From NCBI GenBank assembly GCA_963741205.1, contig CAVUHW010000026.1:192001-256000 (forward strand): 64,000 nucleotides of DNA, written 5' to 3'. The translations under genes and the position numbers were made by a program. This document shows positions 55,346 to 64,000 of this stretch, piece after piece (the stretch's first letter is position 1; each line of letters begins with the position of its first letter). The stretch is from Nitrospirota bacterium (GTDB taxonomy: Bacteria; Nitrospirota; UBA9217). The notes under the pieces were generated by a model. The model saw nothing but the letters and a program-made list of their open reading frames with translations, made no database searches and had not been told where the DNA came from.

Positions 55346-56677
55346 CTATTCTTCCTTCAGGATGCGCCAGAGGCTCGTCCGCGAGATGCCGAGCACCTCC
55401 GCGGCCTTTGATTTATTGCCGCCGAGCATGTCGATCACCTTCTCGGCGTAATCCTTGTTCAGCTCCTCGATGGTCTTGACCTTGTCCGGCTCGATGGTCT
55501 CGATCTGAAACATCTTGATGGTCTGCGGAAGGCTTTCGGGAGTTATGACGCCGGTCTTTTCCAGGATGATCGCCCGTTCGACGATATTTTCAAGCTCCCG
55601 CACGTTGCCCGGATAGCTGTAGTTCGTCAGCACGTCCAGCGACTCCTTCGTGAAGCCGGTGATCTTCTTGCGGGAGCTCGGGAGGTGCTTTTCCAGGAAA
55701 TAAGCGCAGAGCGGCGGGATGTCGTCCCGGCGGTCGCGGAGCGGCGGGATGACGATCTCCATGATGTTCAGGCGGTAGTACAGGTCCTCCCGGAACCTGC
55801 CCTCGGCGATGATCGTCCGCACGTTCTGGTTCGTCGCGGCGATGAACCGCACGTCCACCTTGATCGGCTTGGTCCCGCCCACCCGGTAGAATTCGCCCTC
55901 CTCGATGACTTTCAGGAGCTTGGCCTGGAGGTTCGGCGCCATCTCCGCGATCTCGTCCAGAAACAGCGTGCCCGTGTCCGCGATCTCCACGAGGCCCTGC
56001 TTGGTTTTGACCGCGCCGGTGAACGCGCCCTTTTCGTGCCCGAAAAGCTCGGAGGCCAGGAGTTCCTCGGTGAGCGTGGCGCAGTTGATCGAAAGAAAGG
56101 GCATGCTCTGGCGCCGGCTCGTGAAGTGGATGATCTTGGCGAGCAGGCTCTTGCCCACGCCGGTCTCCCCGGTCAGGAGCACGTTGCAGTCCGAGTCCTT
56201 CATCCCGTCGATGGTGTCGAGTATCCGGCTCATGCTCACGCTCTTGGCGATGATCGAGACCTTGCGGTCCATGCCCATGAAGGCCTTGAGCGCGATGTTC
56301 TCCTTTTTCAGCGTCCGCTGTTCCCGGATCTTCGCGACCTTGAGCAGGAGTTCGTCGAGGTTGAAGGGTTTGGTGACGTAATCGTACGCCCCCTTCTTCA
56401 TCGCCTCCACCACGGAGCCGATGCTGCCGAAACCGGTGATGATGATCACCTCGGTCTCGATCTGCTTCTCCTTGATCTTGTCGAGAAGCTCGATGCCGGT
56501 CATGCCCGGCATCTTGATATCGGCGATCAAAAGGTCGAAGTGGTCGCTCTCGATCTTCCGGAGCGCGTCCTGTCCGTTTTGCGTCCCGACTGCCGCGTAG
56601 CCGGCCTTCTGCAGGGTATTGACCAGGTGCTTCAGGGTGATCTCTTCGTCTTCGGCTATGAGGATTTTGAAGGCCAT
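55346..56677 (-). CDS. sigma54-dependent response regulator (NtrC family)
   Basis: Receiver, GETGVGKS, GAFTGA, FLDEI, GNVREL and Fis-type HTH. Confidence 0.95.
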   Translation of the reverse strand: MAFKILIAEDEEITLKHLVNTLQKAGYAAVGTQNGQDALRKIESDHFDLLIADIKMPGMTGIELLDKIKEKQIETEVIIITGFGSIGSVVEAMKKGAYDYVTKPFNLDELLLKVAKIREQRTLKKENIALKAFMGMDRKVSIIAKSVSMSRILDTIDGMKDSDCNVLLTGETGVGKSLLAKIIHFTSRRQSMPFLSINCATLTEELLASELFGHEKGAFTGAVKTKQGLVEIADTGTLFLDEIAEMAPNLQAKLLKVIEEGEFYRVGGTKPIKVDVRFIAATNQNVRTIIAEGRFREDLYYRLNIMEIVIPPLRDRRDDIPPLCAYFLEKHLPSSRKKITGFTKESLDVLTNYSYPGNVRELENIVERAIILEKTGVITPESLPQTIKMFQIETIEPDKVKTIEELNKDYAEKVIDMLGGNKSKAAEVLGISRTSLWRILKEE

Positions 56678-56833
56678 GGCTTATCTTCTTTAATTCTGAA
56701 CAAGTCGATTCCCGAATGCATTTCTCAATCGGGAATGCCATTTTGCAATCAAGACTTTAAAAGCCAATGGATTCCTGCTTTCGCGGGAATGACGACCTTA
56801 GCGGCCTTGCTCACTTGGTAATCCTTTCTTCCT

Positions 56834-58413
56834 TTACGGCTTACCGACCGGCAGCGTGATCGTGAACGTCGTTCCCTTGCCCTCGTCGCTCTCGACCGCG
56901 ATGTCGCCGCCGTGCTTTTTGATGATATTATAGACGATCGCGAGCCCGAGCCCCGTCCCCTTGTCCTTCGTCGTAAAAAAAGGCTCGAAGATCTTGTCCT
57001 GAGATTCCCGGGGAATCCCTCTTCCGCTGTCGGAGACCCTGATGACCACGCTTGCGGCGTCCTGTTTCGCCATCACGGTAATCTGCCCCTCCGCCTGCAT
57101 TGCGTCCGCGGCGTTCAGGAACAGGTTGGTGAACACCTGCTCCATCTGTCCCTGATCGACGGAGAGGGTGATCCGGAGAGGGTCTGACGAGCAGATATAC
57201 CGGATTCCGCCCAGGTTCCTCGAACTGGCGGCGTGTCGGTACGCATCCGTAATGAGCCCGCACAGGTCCGTTTCCTGGTACTGCAGCTCCCTCCCGCGGG
57301 CGAACTCCAGGAGATCGCTGACGATGCGCTTCACGCGCTCGGTCTGGCCCACGATGTCGCCGACCGCCTCTTGCACATCCGGGGAACAGCTCTCACCAGC
57401 CTCCCGCATAAGCACCTGCGCGGAAAGGTAAATATTGTTGAGCGGATTGTTCAACTCATGGGCCACGCCGGACGCGAGCGTTCCGATAGCCGCCAGTTTC
57501 TTGGCCTGCATCAGCTCCCGGTTTTTTTGCTCCAGTTCCTGCTCGTGCAGGGCAAGCTGGTCCTCCATGTCATTGAACTTGTCGATCAGCACCCCCACCT
57601 CGTCGCGGGCATTTCCGTCCGACGGGGCGACGGCAAGGTGCGGATAGGAGCCCTTTCCCGTTTTTTCCACCATGGTGATGAGGAGCATGAGCCTCCTCAC
57701 CACGTTCGCCGTGATGAAAAACAGCATGCCGATGCCCACGACGAAAAACAGCGGGAAGAAGATGAGGATCGCGAGCTGCGAAACGCGGATCACCGTCTCC
57801 ACTTTTTCCCGGGCGACCTTGTCGAGGTCCTTGGAAATGACCAGGATGTCCTCACCCGTTTTCCTGAGCGCCATGATGTCCGCATCAAGCCTGCGAAGGC
57901 CCGTCACCAGATCGTGGTGCAGGGGACAGCCGGAACACCGTGGTCAGAAATTCCGCCGACTGCGCCGGGCCGCTCAAGAAAGGTCGCTTCCACGAGGGCG
58001 AGGTACACGCTGTTTCTCGGGTCCGCCGCCTTGACCTTTTCGAAGGCCGCGGTGAGGGACGTTGCCGCCGCATCGATTTTGTCGAAACGCTCTTCATAGT
58101 CCTGGATGCCGGCCCGAAGCGACAGCTGGTCCGCCTTGTCGATATGCGGGTTCTGCGCGAGACCTTCCTTGATCTGGCCGATGTAGTCGCGGACTGCGGC
58201 GGCCTCCTCGCCTGCCTTGCCGGGTCCGAAGAGAAAAAAGTTCTTTTCATGCCGCCTGAGCTGGAGCGATTTGCGGCCCAGCGTATCCGTGATTTCGAGA
58301 TACCGGATCTCCTTCCTGATCTCGAGGAAGCTCGCATACTCAAACGCCGCGAGGATCGCGATAATGAAGGCACTGATGAAGAAGCTGAGCGCTATTTTTT
58401 TCTTTAATGACAT
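56834..58413 (-). CDS. membrane HAMP sensor histidine kinase (frameshift near 57905)
   Basis: Two TMs, RRHEKNFF periplasmic motif, DEVG HAMP, AHELNNPL and GTGLGL. Confidence 0.88.
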
Positions 58414-58494
58414 AGTGTCTAATCAAGGTTCAGGCTCTCAGACAATGTTCCAAGTTCCAACTTTTCAATTTCCAGTGTTGCAATCCGCAATGCG

Positions 58495-59844
58495 CTACCG
58501 TTCCTTCGGGATTCCCCACTTCTTCCTTTTTTCCCAGAGCGATTTACGCGTGATCCCGAGCCTGTCCGCGAGATGCTGTTCATTGCATTCGGTCTGATAC
58601 CGGACGATGAAGGCCTTCGTGTAGTCTTCGATGGAGAGCTTCTGGCCGAAGGACTCAAGCAGGAACGGCGCGGCGGTTTTCATGCCGCCGGGCAGGTGCT
58701 CTGGCCTGATGAGGTCCCCGTCGGAGATCAGGATGGCGCGCTCGATCACGTTCTGGAGTTCGCGGACGTTGCCGGCCCAGTCGTAGTTCAGCAGGATCTC
58801 CATGGCATCTGGAGCGATCTCCTTGACCTGCTTGCCCATCTCATGGCAGTACCATTCGAGGTAATACTGCAAGAGCGCCCCGATGTCCTCTTTCCGCTCT
58901 CTGAGCGGCGGTATCTGGAGGGTGATCACGTTGATGCGGTAGTACAGGTCCTCCCGGAAAGCTCCCGTCTTGACCGCGGCCTTCAGGTCCTTGTTCGTGG
59001 CGGTGATGAAGCGGATGTCGACCTTGGTCCCCTTGGTGCTGCCCACGGGACGGATTATCTGGTCTTCGATGACGCGCAGCAACTTCGCCTGGAGCGACAT
59101 ACTCATGTCGCCGATCTCGTCCAAAAACACGGTGCCGCCCTCGGCCTCTTCGAGGATGCCCTTTTTCGTCGCGACCGCGCCGGTGAAGGCCCCGCGCATG
59201 TGGCCGAACAGCTCGGTCTCGAGCAGGTTCTCGGGGATGGCGGAGCAGTTGATCGGCACGAACGGCATGTCCCGGCGGGGGCTGTTGTGGTGGATGACCC
59301 GCGCGAAGAGCTCCTTCCCCGTGCCGGTCTCGCCGAGAAGCAGGACGTTGCTCCGGGCGTTGGTGATCTTCTTCACCTCGCTGAGAATGGCCTTGATCGC
59401 CGGGCTCGCCCCGATGATGCTGCTGAAATCGTAGTCCTTGCCGATCTCGCGCTTGAGCAGCGCGTTCTCGGCCTGGAGGCTCTTCTGCCGCAGCGCGTTC
59501 CGCACGATCAGCTTGATCTCCTCGTGGATGATCGGCTTCATGATATAATCGTAGGCCCCGGCCCGCAGCGCCTTCACCGACGTGTCGAGCGACGCGTAGG
59601 CCGTGACGATGATGACGATCTGGTCCGGGTTCTGCTCCCGCACCTTGGACAGCATCTCGATGCCGTCCATGCCGGGCAGGATGATGTCCGATATGATCGC
59701 GTCATAGTGGTTCGCTTCAAACAGCGCGAGCCCCTTCTCCGCAGATTCCGCGCCCTCGACGGCATACCCCTCTTTGCTGAAGATCCGCTTGAGGGACTCC
59801 CGCAGCGTGTCTTCGTCTTCTACGATGAGAATGCTTTTTGGCAT
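58495..59844 (-). CDS. sigma54-dependent response regulator (CbrB-like)
   Basis: Receiver, GETGTGKE, GAFTGA and LGITRKSLWEKR HTH. Confidence 0.95.
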   Translation of the reverse strand: MPKSILIVEDEDTLRESLKRIFSKEGYAVEGAESAEKGLALFEANHYDAIISDIILPGMDGIEMLSKVREQNPDQIVIIVTAYASLDTSVKALRAGAYDYIMKPIIHEEIKLIVRNALRQKSLQAENALLKREIGKDYDFSSIIGASPAIKAILSEVKKITNARSNVLLLGETGTGKELFARVIHHNSPRRDMPFVPINCSAIPENLLETELFGHMRGAFTGAVATKKGILEEAEGGTVFLDEIGDMSMSLQAKLLRVIEDQIIRPVGSTKGTKVDIRFITATNKDLKAAVKTGAFREDLYYRINVITLQIPPLRERKEDIGALLQYYLEWYCHEMGKQVKEIAPDAMEILLNYDWAGNVRELQNVIERAILISDGDLIRPEHLPGGMKTAAPFLLESFGQKLSIEDYTKAFIVRYQTECNEQHLADRLGITRKSLWEKRKKWGIPKER

Positions 59845-59861
59845 TGAAACCTCTCTCCTCT

Positions 59862-62807
59862 TTACCCTTCCGCCGGAATCCGGATTGTGAACCGCGTGCC
59901 CTTGTCCTTCTCCGAGTCGATCTCAATCGTGCCGCCGTGGTCTTTGATGATGCTGTAGCAGATGGAAAGACCGAGTCCCGTCCCCTTGGTCGGTCCCTTG
60001 GTGCTGAAGAAAGGGTCGAAAACCTTGTCCCTCACGTCGGGATCGATCCCGTGTCCCGTGTCCGAAAACTGCATCTCGACCTGGCCGTCATGCCGGTGTA
60101 TCGCTATGTCGAGGCTCCCGCCGTCCGGCATGGCGTCACGCGCGTTCAGGATGAGGTTCAGAAAGACCTGCTGCATCTGGTCCGGGTCTATCTTGAGCGC
60201 GGGCGTTTCCTGGACGTCGGCGTGGATCTCGATCTTCCGGAAATTTTTGTCGTACCGCACCAGGTTCAGCGTGTTCTCCAGGATGTCCTTGAGGCTGGTC
60301 GGGACTTTCTGGCGGGGATAGAGCCGGGCGAAATCGCCGAGGTTCCGGACGATCCGCGCGATGCGGTGCACATGCTGGATGATCGTGGTGAGTGATTCCT
60401 TGGTAAAGGCCGTCAGGTCCTCGGTCTGCAGTTCCTGAACGAGCGAGGAGATGGAAGCCAGCGGGTTCCCGATCTCGTGGGCAACGCCCGCTGCAAGCCT
60501 CCCGACGCTCGCGTGCTTGGTGGCCCGGAAGAGCTCCTCCTCGATCTTTTTCTTTTCCGTGATGTCCTCCAGGACGAGCACGTATCCCTTTTGCGCGCCC
60601 GTGAGCCGGCTCACGTACCCCTTCAGGATGATCTGGGGGTCGAAGTTTCTCCTGCAGGTTATTTCTCCCTCGTGGATCTGCGGGGTGAAGAGCCGGGGCT
60701 CAAGGCAGGTGAGCAGGTCCGAGGCGTCGGTGTCGAGAGCGTCGGACTTCTCGACGCCCGTGATCATTTCCATGCCGCTGTTCCAGTATTTGACGGAGAG
60801 CGCCTCGTCCAGCGTTGCCACGCCGAGCGGAAGACTTTCAATGATGTTCTCGCTGAATTCCTTGAGCATCGCCAGTTGCCGGTTCGCCTCGGCGAGTTCC
60901 TGACGCGAGAGCCTGAGGCTCCGCGAGATCTGCTGGATCGAATTCGAAACGCGCAGGGCCTCGTCGTGGGTCAGGACCGTCCGGTCCTGGAACACCAGCG
61001 TACTGATGGAGGTGCCGAGGGCGCCCGAGAGGACCCGTTCGGCCTCCTGCCTCAGTTTCAGGAGCAAATCGCCGGTTATAGTTTCCCGGTCCGCGCCGTT
61101 CCTCTTCAGGAACCCGTCGACTGCCTCCCGGGCCTCTGCGGGTCCGATATACTGGTCGAGGATGCCCTCGATCTCGGCGACACTGGCGGGCCGCTGCGCA
61201 GGGGTCAGGGGAAGCGGAGAAAAGGAATCCACGAAGACGATGGCCTGATGCGTTTCAGCGTCGGACTGGCGCGTAAAGATCGAGACCCCCACGTAGAAAC
61301 CGACATTCAGGAACATGCCCCAGAACAGGGAATGGCTCCACCGGTCCAATCCTTCCAGGCCGAAGAGCGCCGTGGGGTTTAGGAGCGTGGAATTGAAGAC
61401 CGCGGCCATGAACCCGCCCGCCTCGATGATGCCGGCGCGCATGAGCGCGGGGATCAGGAGCGTATAGATCCAGACGCTGAAGCCGGCGATGATTCCGGCA
61501 ATGGCGCCCTTTTTGTTTCCTCCCTTCCAGTAGAGGCCTATCAGGATGGAGGGCGCGAAAATGGTGACGGCCTCGAACGATTTGAGGCCGATGTCCACGA
61601 GACTGTAGAACTCCCCGACATACACGGCAAAGGCATAGCCCAGAAACACGCAGCCCAGGATCACCAGCCGCTTGATGTTCAGGACCACGGCGTGGAAGTT
61701 CCTGATGGCGGAGAGGTCCCAGAGCGTGGGCATGACGAAACTATTCATGACCATGGTTGAGAGGGCTACGGACTCGACGATGATCATGGCCGTGGCCGCC
61801 GAGAAGCCGCCTATGAACACGATGAGCGCGAGGACGGACTGCTCATAGTGCATCGGAATGCTGAGCACGAAATAGTCGGCGCTCGACTGGATCTCTCCCA
61901 GAAGCAGTCCGCCGTATGCAATGGGCAGCACGAAGATATTGATGAGGAACAGATAGAGCGGAAAGAGCCACATGGCTTTCTTGATATGGTCCACCGAAAA
62001 ATTTTCGACCACGGCCACGTGGAACTGCCGCGGCAGGAACAGGATGGCCATCATGGACAGGAACGTGAGCGACGTCCACTCAAGAAAACTCACCGGCGAC
62101 TCTCTGCCGACGGTCATGAGGGACGCATAGGGCCCCGACTTGATCTTCTCGAAGATCTCGCCGAAACCATTAAAGAGACCGTAGGTAACGAACAATCCGA
62201 CGAGGAGGAAGGCGATGAGCTTAAAGGCGGACTCAAAAGCGATGGCGAAGACCAGGCCCCCGTGCCGTTCCGAGGCATCGAGCCTCCGGGCGCCGAAGAT
62301 CACGGCGAAGATGCCGAGCAGGAGCGAGATGAACCAGCCTGCGAAGTGGCTCCCCTCGGGCCTGCCCGAGAGCAGGGAAAACGACGTCATGACGGCCTTG
62401 AGCTGGAGGCCGAGGTAAGGGGTGATGCCGACGACCGCCACGAGCGTGACGAGGACCGACAGGCCCAGGGACTTTCCGTAGCGCGATGATATGAAGTCCG
62501 CGATCGTGGTGATCCTGTTTTCCTTCGAGAGATAGACGATCTTGCGGAGGACGACCCACCAAAGGGCCGCCATAAGCGTGGGGCCGATGTAGGTCGTCAG
62601 AAAGCTGAGGCCCGAATTCGCCGCCCTGCCGACGCTGCCGTAGAAAGTCCAGGACGTACAGTACACGGCCAGGGAAAGCGAATAGATGTAAGGGTTGGAA
62701 ACAAGGCTCCTGCCCGCAAGCTCCTTGCGTTCCGCGTAATAGGCTACGGAAAAAAGCAGGAGTAAATAGGAAAGAATGATAGTGAGTAAGAGCCAGGGAG
62801 AAAACAA
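59862..62807 (-). CDS. SLC5 (Na+/solute symporter)-PAS-histidine kinase, CbrA/CrbS-like
   Basis: SLAVYCTSWTFYGSVG, ADFISSRYGKS, LPRQFHV, GGFSAAT, a STAC-like region, PAS and AHEIGNPL. Confidence 0.93.
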   Translation of the reverse strand: MFSPWLLLTIILSYLLLLFSVAYYAERKELAGRSLVSNPYIYSLSLAVYCTSWTFYGSVGRAANSGLSFLTTYIGPTLMAALWWVVLRKIVYLSKENRITTIADFISSRYGKSLGLSVLVTLVAVVGITPYLGLQLKAVMTSFSLLSGRPEGSHFAGWFISLLLGIFAVIFGARRLDASERHGGLVFAIAFESAFKLIAFLLVGLFVTYGLFNGFGEIFEKIKSGPYASLMTVGRESPVSFLEWTSLTFLSMMAILFLPRQFHVAVVENFSVDHIKKAMWLFPLYLFLINIFVLPIAYGGLLLGEIQSSADYFVLSIPMHYEQSVLALIVFIGGFSAATAMIIVESVALSTMVMNSFVMPTLWDLSAIRNFHAVVLNIKRLVILGCVFLGYAFAVYVGEFYSLVDIGLKSFEAVTIFAPSILIGLYWKGGNKKGAIAGIIAGFSVWIYTLLIPALMRAGIIEAGGFMAAVFNSTLLNPTALFGLEGLDRWSHSLFWGMFLNVGFYVGVSIFTRQSDAETHQAIVFVDSFSPLPLTPAQRPASVAEIEGILDQYIGPAEAREAVDGFLKRNGADRETITGDLLLKLRQEAERVLSGALGTSISTLVFQDRTVLTHDEALRVSNSIQQISRSLRLSRQELAEANRQLAMLKEFSENIIESLPLGVATLDEALSVKYWNSGMEMITGVEKSDALDTDASDLLTCLEPRLFTPQIHEGEITCRRNFDPQIILKGYVSRLTGAQKGYVLVLEDITEKKKIEEELFRATKHASVGRLAAGVAHEIGNPLASISSLVQELQTEDLTAFTKESLTTIIQHVHRIARIVRNLGDFARLYPRQKVPTSLKDILENTLNLVRYDKNFRKIEIHADVQETPALKIDPDQMQQVFLNLILNARDAMPDGGSLDIAIHRHDGQVEMQFSDTGHGIDPDVRDKVFDPFFSTKGPTKGTGLGLSICYSIIKDHGGTIEIDSEKDKGTRFTIRIPAEG

Positions 62808-62984
62808 TTATCCGCTCCCATCCTCCCGGTCCGGGAATTTCGTGGAGACAAAAATGACGGCGATGAAAATCAGCCACATGACGAACAGGTAAATAGCCAG
62901 GCCGTGTTCAAAAATGCTGATGAGCGGCCAGCTGAAAAGAACCATGCCGATGAAAAACAGGAATATCCCGATGTCCTTTCTCAT
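62808..62984 (-). CDS. 58-aa two-TM small protein (CbrX-like), not in the ORF track
   Basis: MRKDIGIFLFFIGMVLFSWPLISIFEHGLAIYLFVMWLIFIAVIFVSTKFPDREDGSG*; GGGGAG RBS; its TAA abuts the kinase TTG start. Confidence 0.8.
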   Translation of the reverse strand: MRKDIGIFLFFIGMVLFSWPLISIFEHGLAIYLFVMWLIFIAVIFVSTKFPDREDGSG

Positions 62985-63195
62985 TGTTTATCTCCCCGCG
63001 CCCGCCCGTGTAACCTTTTTGCACATTGCCTCGTAACAGTGTTCAAAATAACACAATAATCCTGATAAATCAAGCTAATAGATGTAACTGTAGACGGGCC
63101 GCGCCGGTAGAGATTATTTTTCATGTTTCGGATGGGCATCGGGGAGAGGTACCGTTACAGTTTTACTCAAAGTGAAACCCACTGTGCGGCATACC

Positions 63196-63229
63196 AAAAA
63201 AAGGGAGGGCAGTGCGCTGCCCTCCCTTT
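63196..63229 (-). terminator. rho-independent terminator
   Basis: GGGAGGGCAG-CGCA-CTGCCCTCCC followed by T7. Confidence 0.85.
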
Positions 63230-63245
63230 CATCGTTTCGGCTCTT

Positions 63246-64000
63246 TTAGCGGGAATCATAAACTCCCGCCAAAAAGTCCCTTGCATAGCGGTCAACGGCG
63301 TTGTCATCATGAAGCGCAGCGTCGAGCTGCCGGGCATAGGCGATCAGCCTTCCCGTCTGGTCGAGGACCTGCTCCATGTCCTCTTGACGAAGTCCGGCAA
63401 GACGCGCGATGAGGAGGTCGCCTTTTATCTTGATGTTGAACCCGTACTCCTTCAAAATTTTCGCGATGAGTTCCAGCCGCCTCGAACGCTTCAGCAGGTC
63501 GGTCGCCCCGCCCGCGAAGCGGAAATAGATGTGGTTGTTTCTTGCGTTTTCGCTCATGAAGCAGTCGATCATGTTGAAATGATATCCGAACCTGATGCTC
63601 ATGTTCACATACTCGCGGGAGATGACGGCAACGTTGTATCCCGCCGTGCTGCCCGTAGCGGACGCTATGTCCGGCATCCTCATCATGCTCGACAGAAAAT
63701 CCTGCGCGGTGAGCGCCACGGCTTCCGAATGCCACGCCCCGGGATGGATCATGCCCTTGACGATCGCCCTGAACGGCAGGGAGTCAATCTGTTCGAAAGT
63801 CGCCTTCCCCTCCTGATCCCCTTCCCGCAGGCCTCCGCCCAGGTCCATGACCACGATGCCGGTGGGGATCGTGAGGTCCAGTTGAACGACCGCGCTCTGC
63901 CTCTTCATCCTGACGCTTCCCTCGCGGGCGCTGTCCACCAGCTCGGCAACGGCCTTCTCATGGATGAACCGCAGGATGTCGTGCAGGGTCCTGCACCGCT
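63246..64000 (-). CDS. C-terminus of a PEP synthase / pyruvate,water dikinase-like protein (partial at window edge)
   Basis: TLHDILRFIHEKAV, DLGGG, RFGYHF..ID, NHIYFRFAGGA and RQLD. Confidence 0.75.
   Translation of the reverse strand, partial: RCRTLHDILRFIHEKAVAELVDSAREGSVRMKRQSAVVQLDLTIPTGIVVMDLGGGLREGDQEGKATFEQIDSLPFRAIVKGMIHPGAWHSEAVALTAQDFLSSMMRMPDIASATGSTAGYNVAVISREYVNMSIRFGYHFNMIDCFMSENARNNHIYFRFAGGATDLLKRSRRLELIAKILKEYGFNIKIKGDLLIARLAGLRQEDMEQVLDQTGRLIAYARQLDAALHDDNAVDRYARDFLAGVYDSR

Overview
A GC-rich bacterial chromosomal segment. Gene content (sigma54 two-component clusters, multiheme cytochrome, 6S RNA-rny-ymdB block) suggests Nitrospirota or Desulfobacterota; this is inference. 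Many genes, including housekeeping ones such as ftsY, rny, uvrB and xseA, are broken by 1-bp indels, most simply explained as long-read consensus errors, so split ORFs were merged and their ends are approximate. Core content: a plant-type threonine synthase and cystathionine gamma-synthase pair; a ~7-kb CheB-CheR-multi-PAS-GAF histidine kinase with a paralogous kinase and a receiver protein; an accessory block (metzincin, S1/P1-like nuclease, 9-heme cytochrome, Pro/Phe-repeat secreted protein, RelE-XRE toxin-antitoxin pair); hrpB; a B12 radical SAM enzyme; HEAT and HD-GYP genes; xseA, ymdB, rny, rarA, 6S RNA, zapA, ftsY; an Rrf2-NifS-NifU-TusA operon; an RCC1-repeat lipoprotein; coaD, uvrB, pepA, rlpA; and a CbrX/CbrA-like SLC5 kinase with two sigma54 regulators. 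The best candidate for an undescribed system is at 52.4-54.7 kb: three co-oriented integron attC-like sites with no integrase in the window, one intact gene cassette (ModA-like binding protein bounded by perfect 10-bp complementary core sites), and a conserved, ungapped 71-bp non-coding element (53/71 identical) fused to the R' core of two of the sites, each pointing at a gene plausibly linked to sulfur handling. No rRNA, tRNA, CRISPR array, transposase or integrase was recognised.
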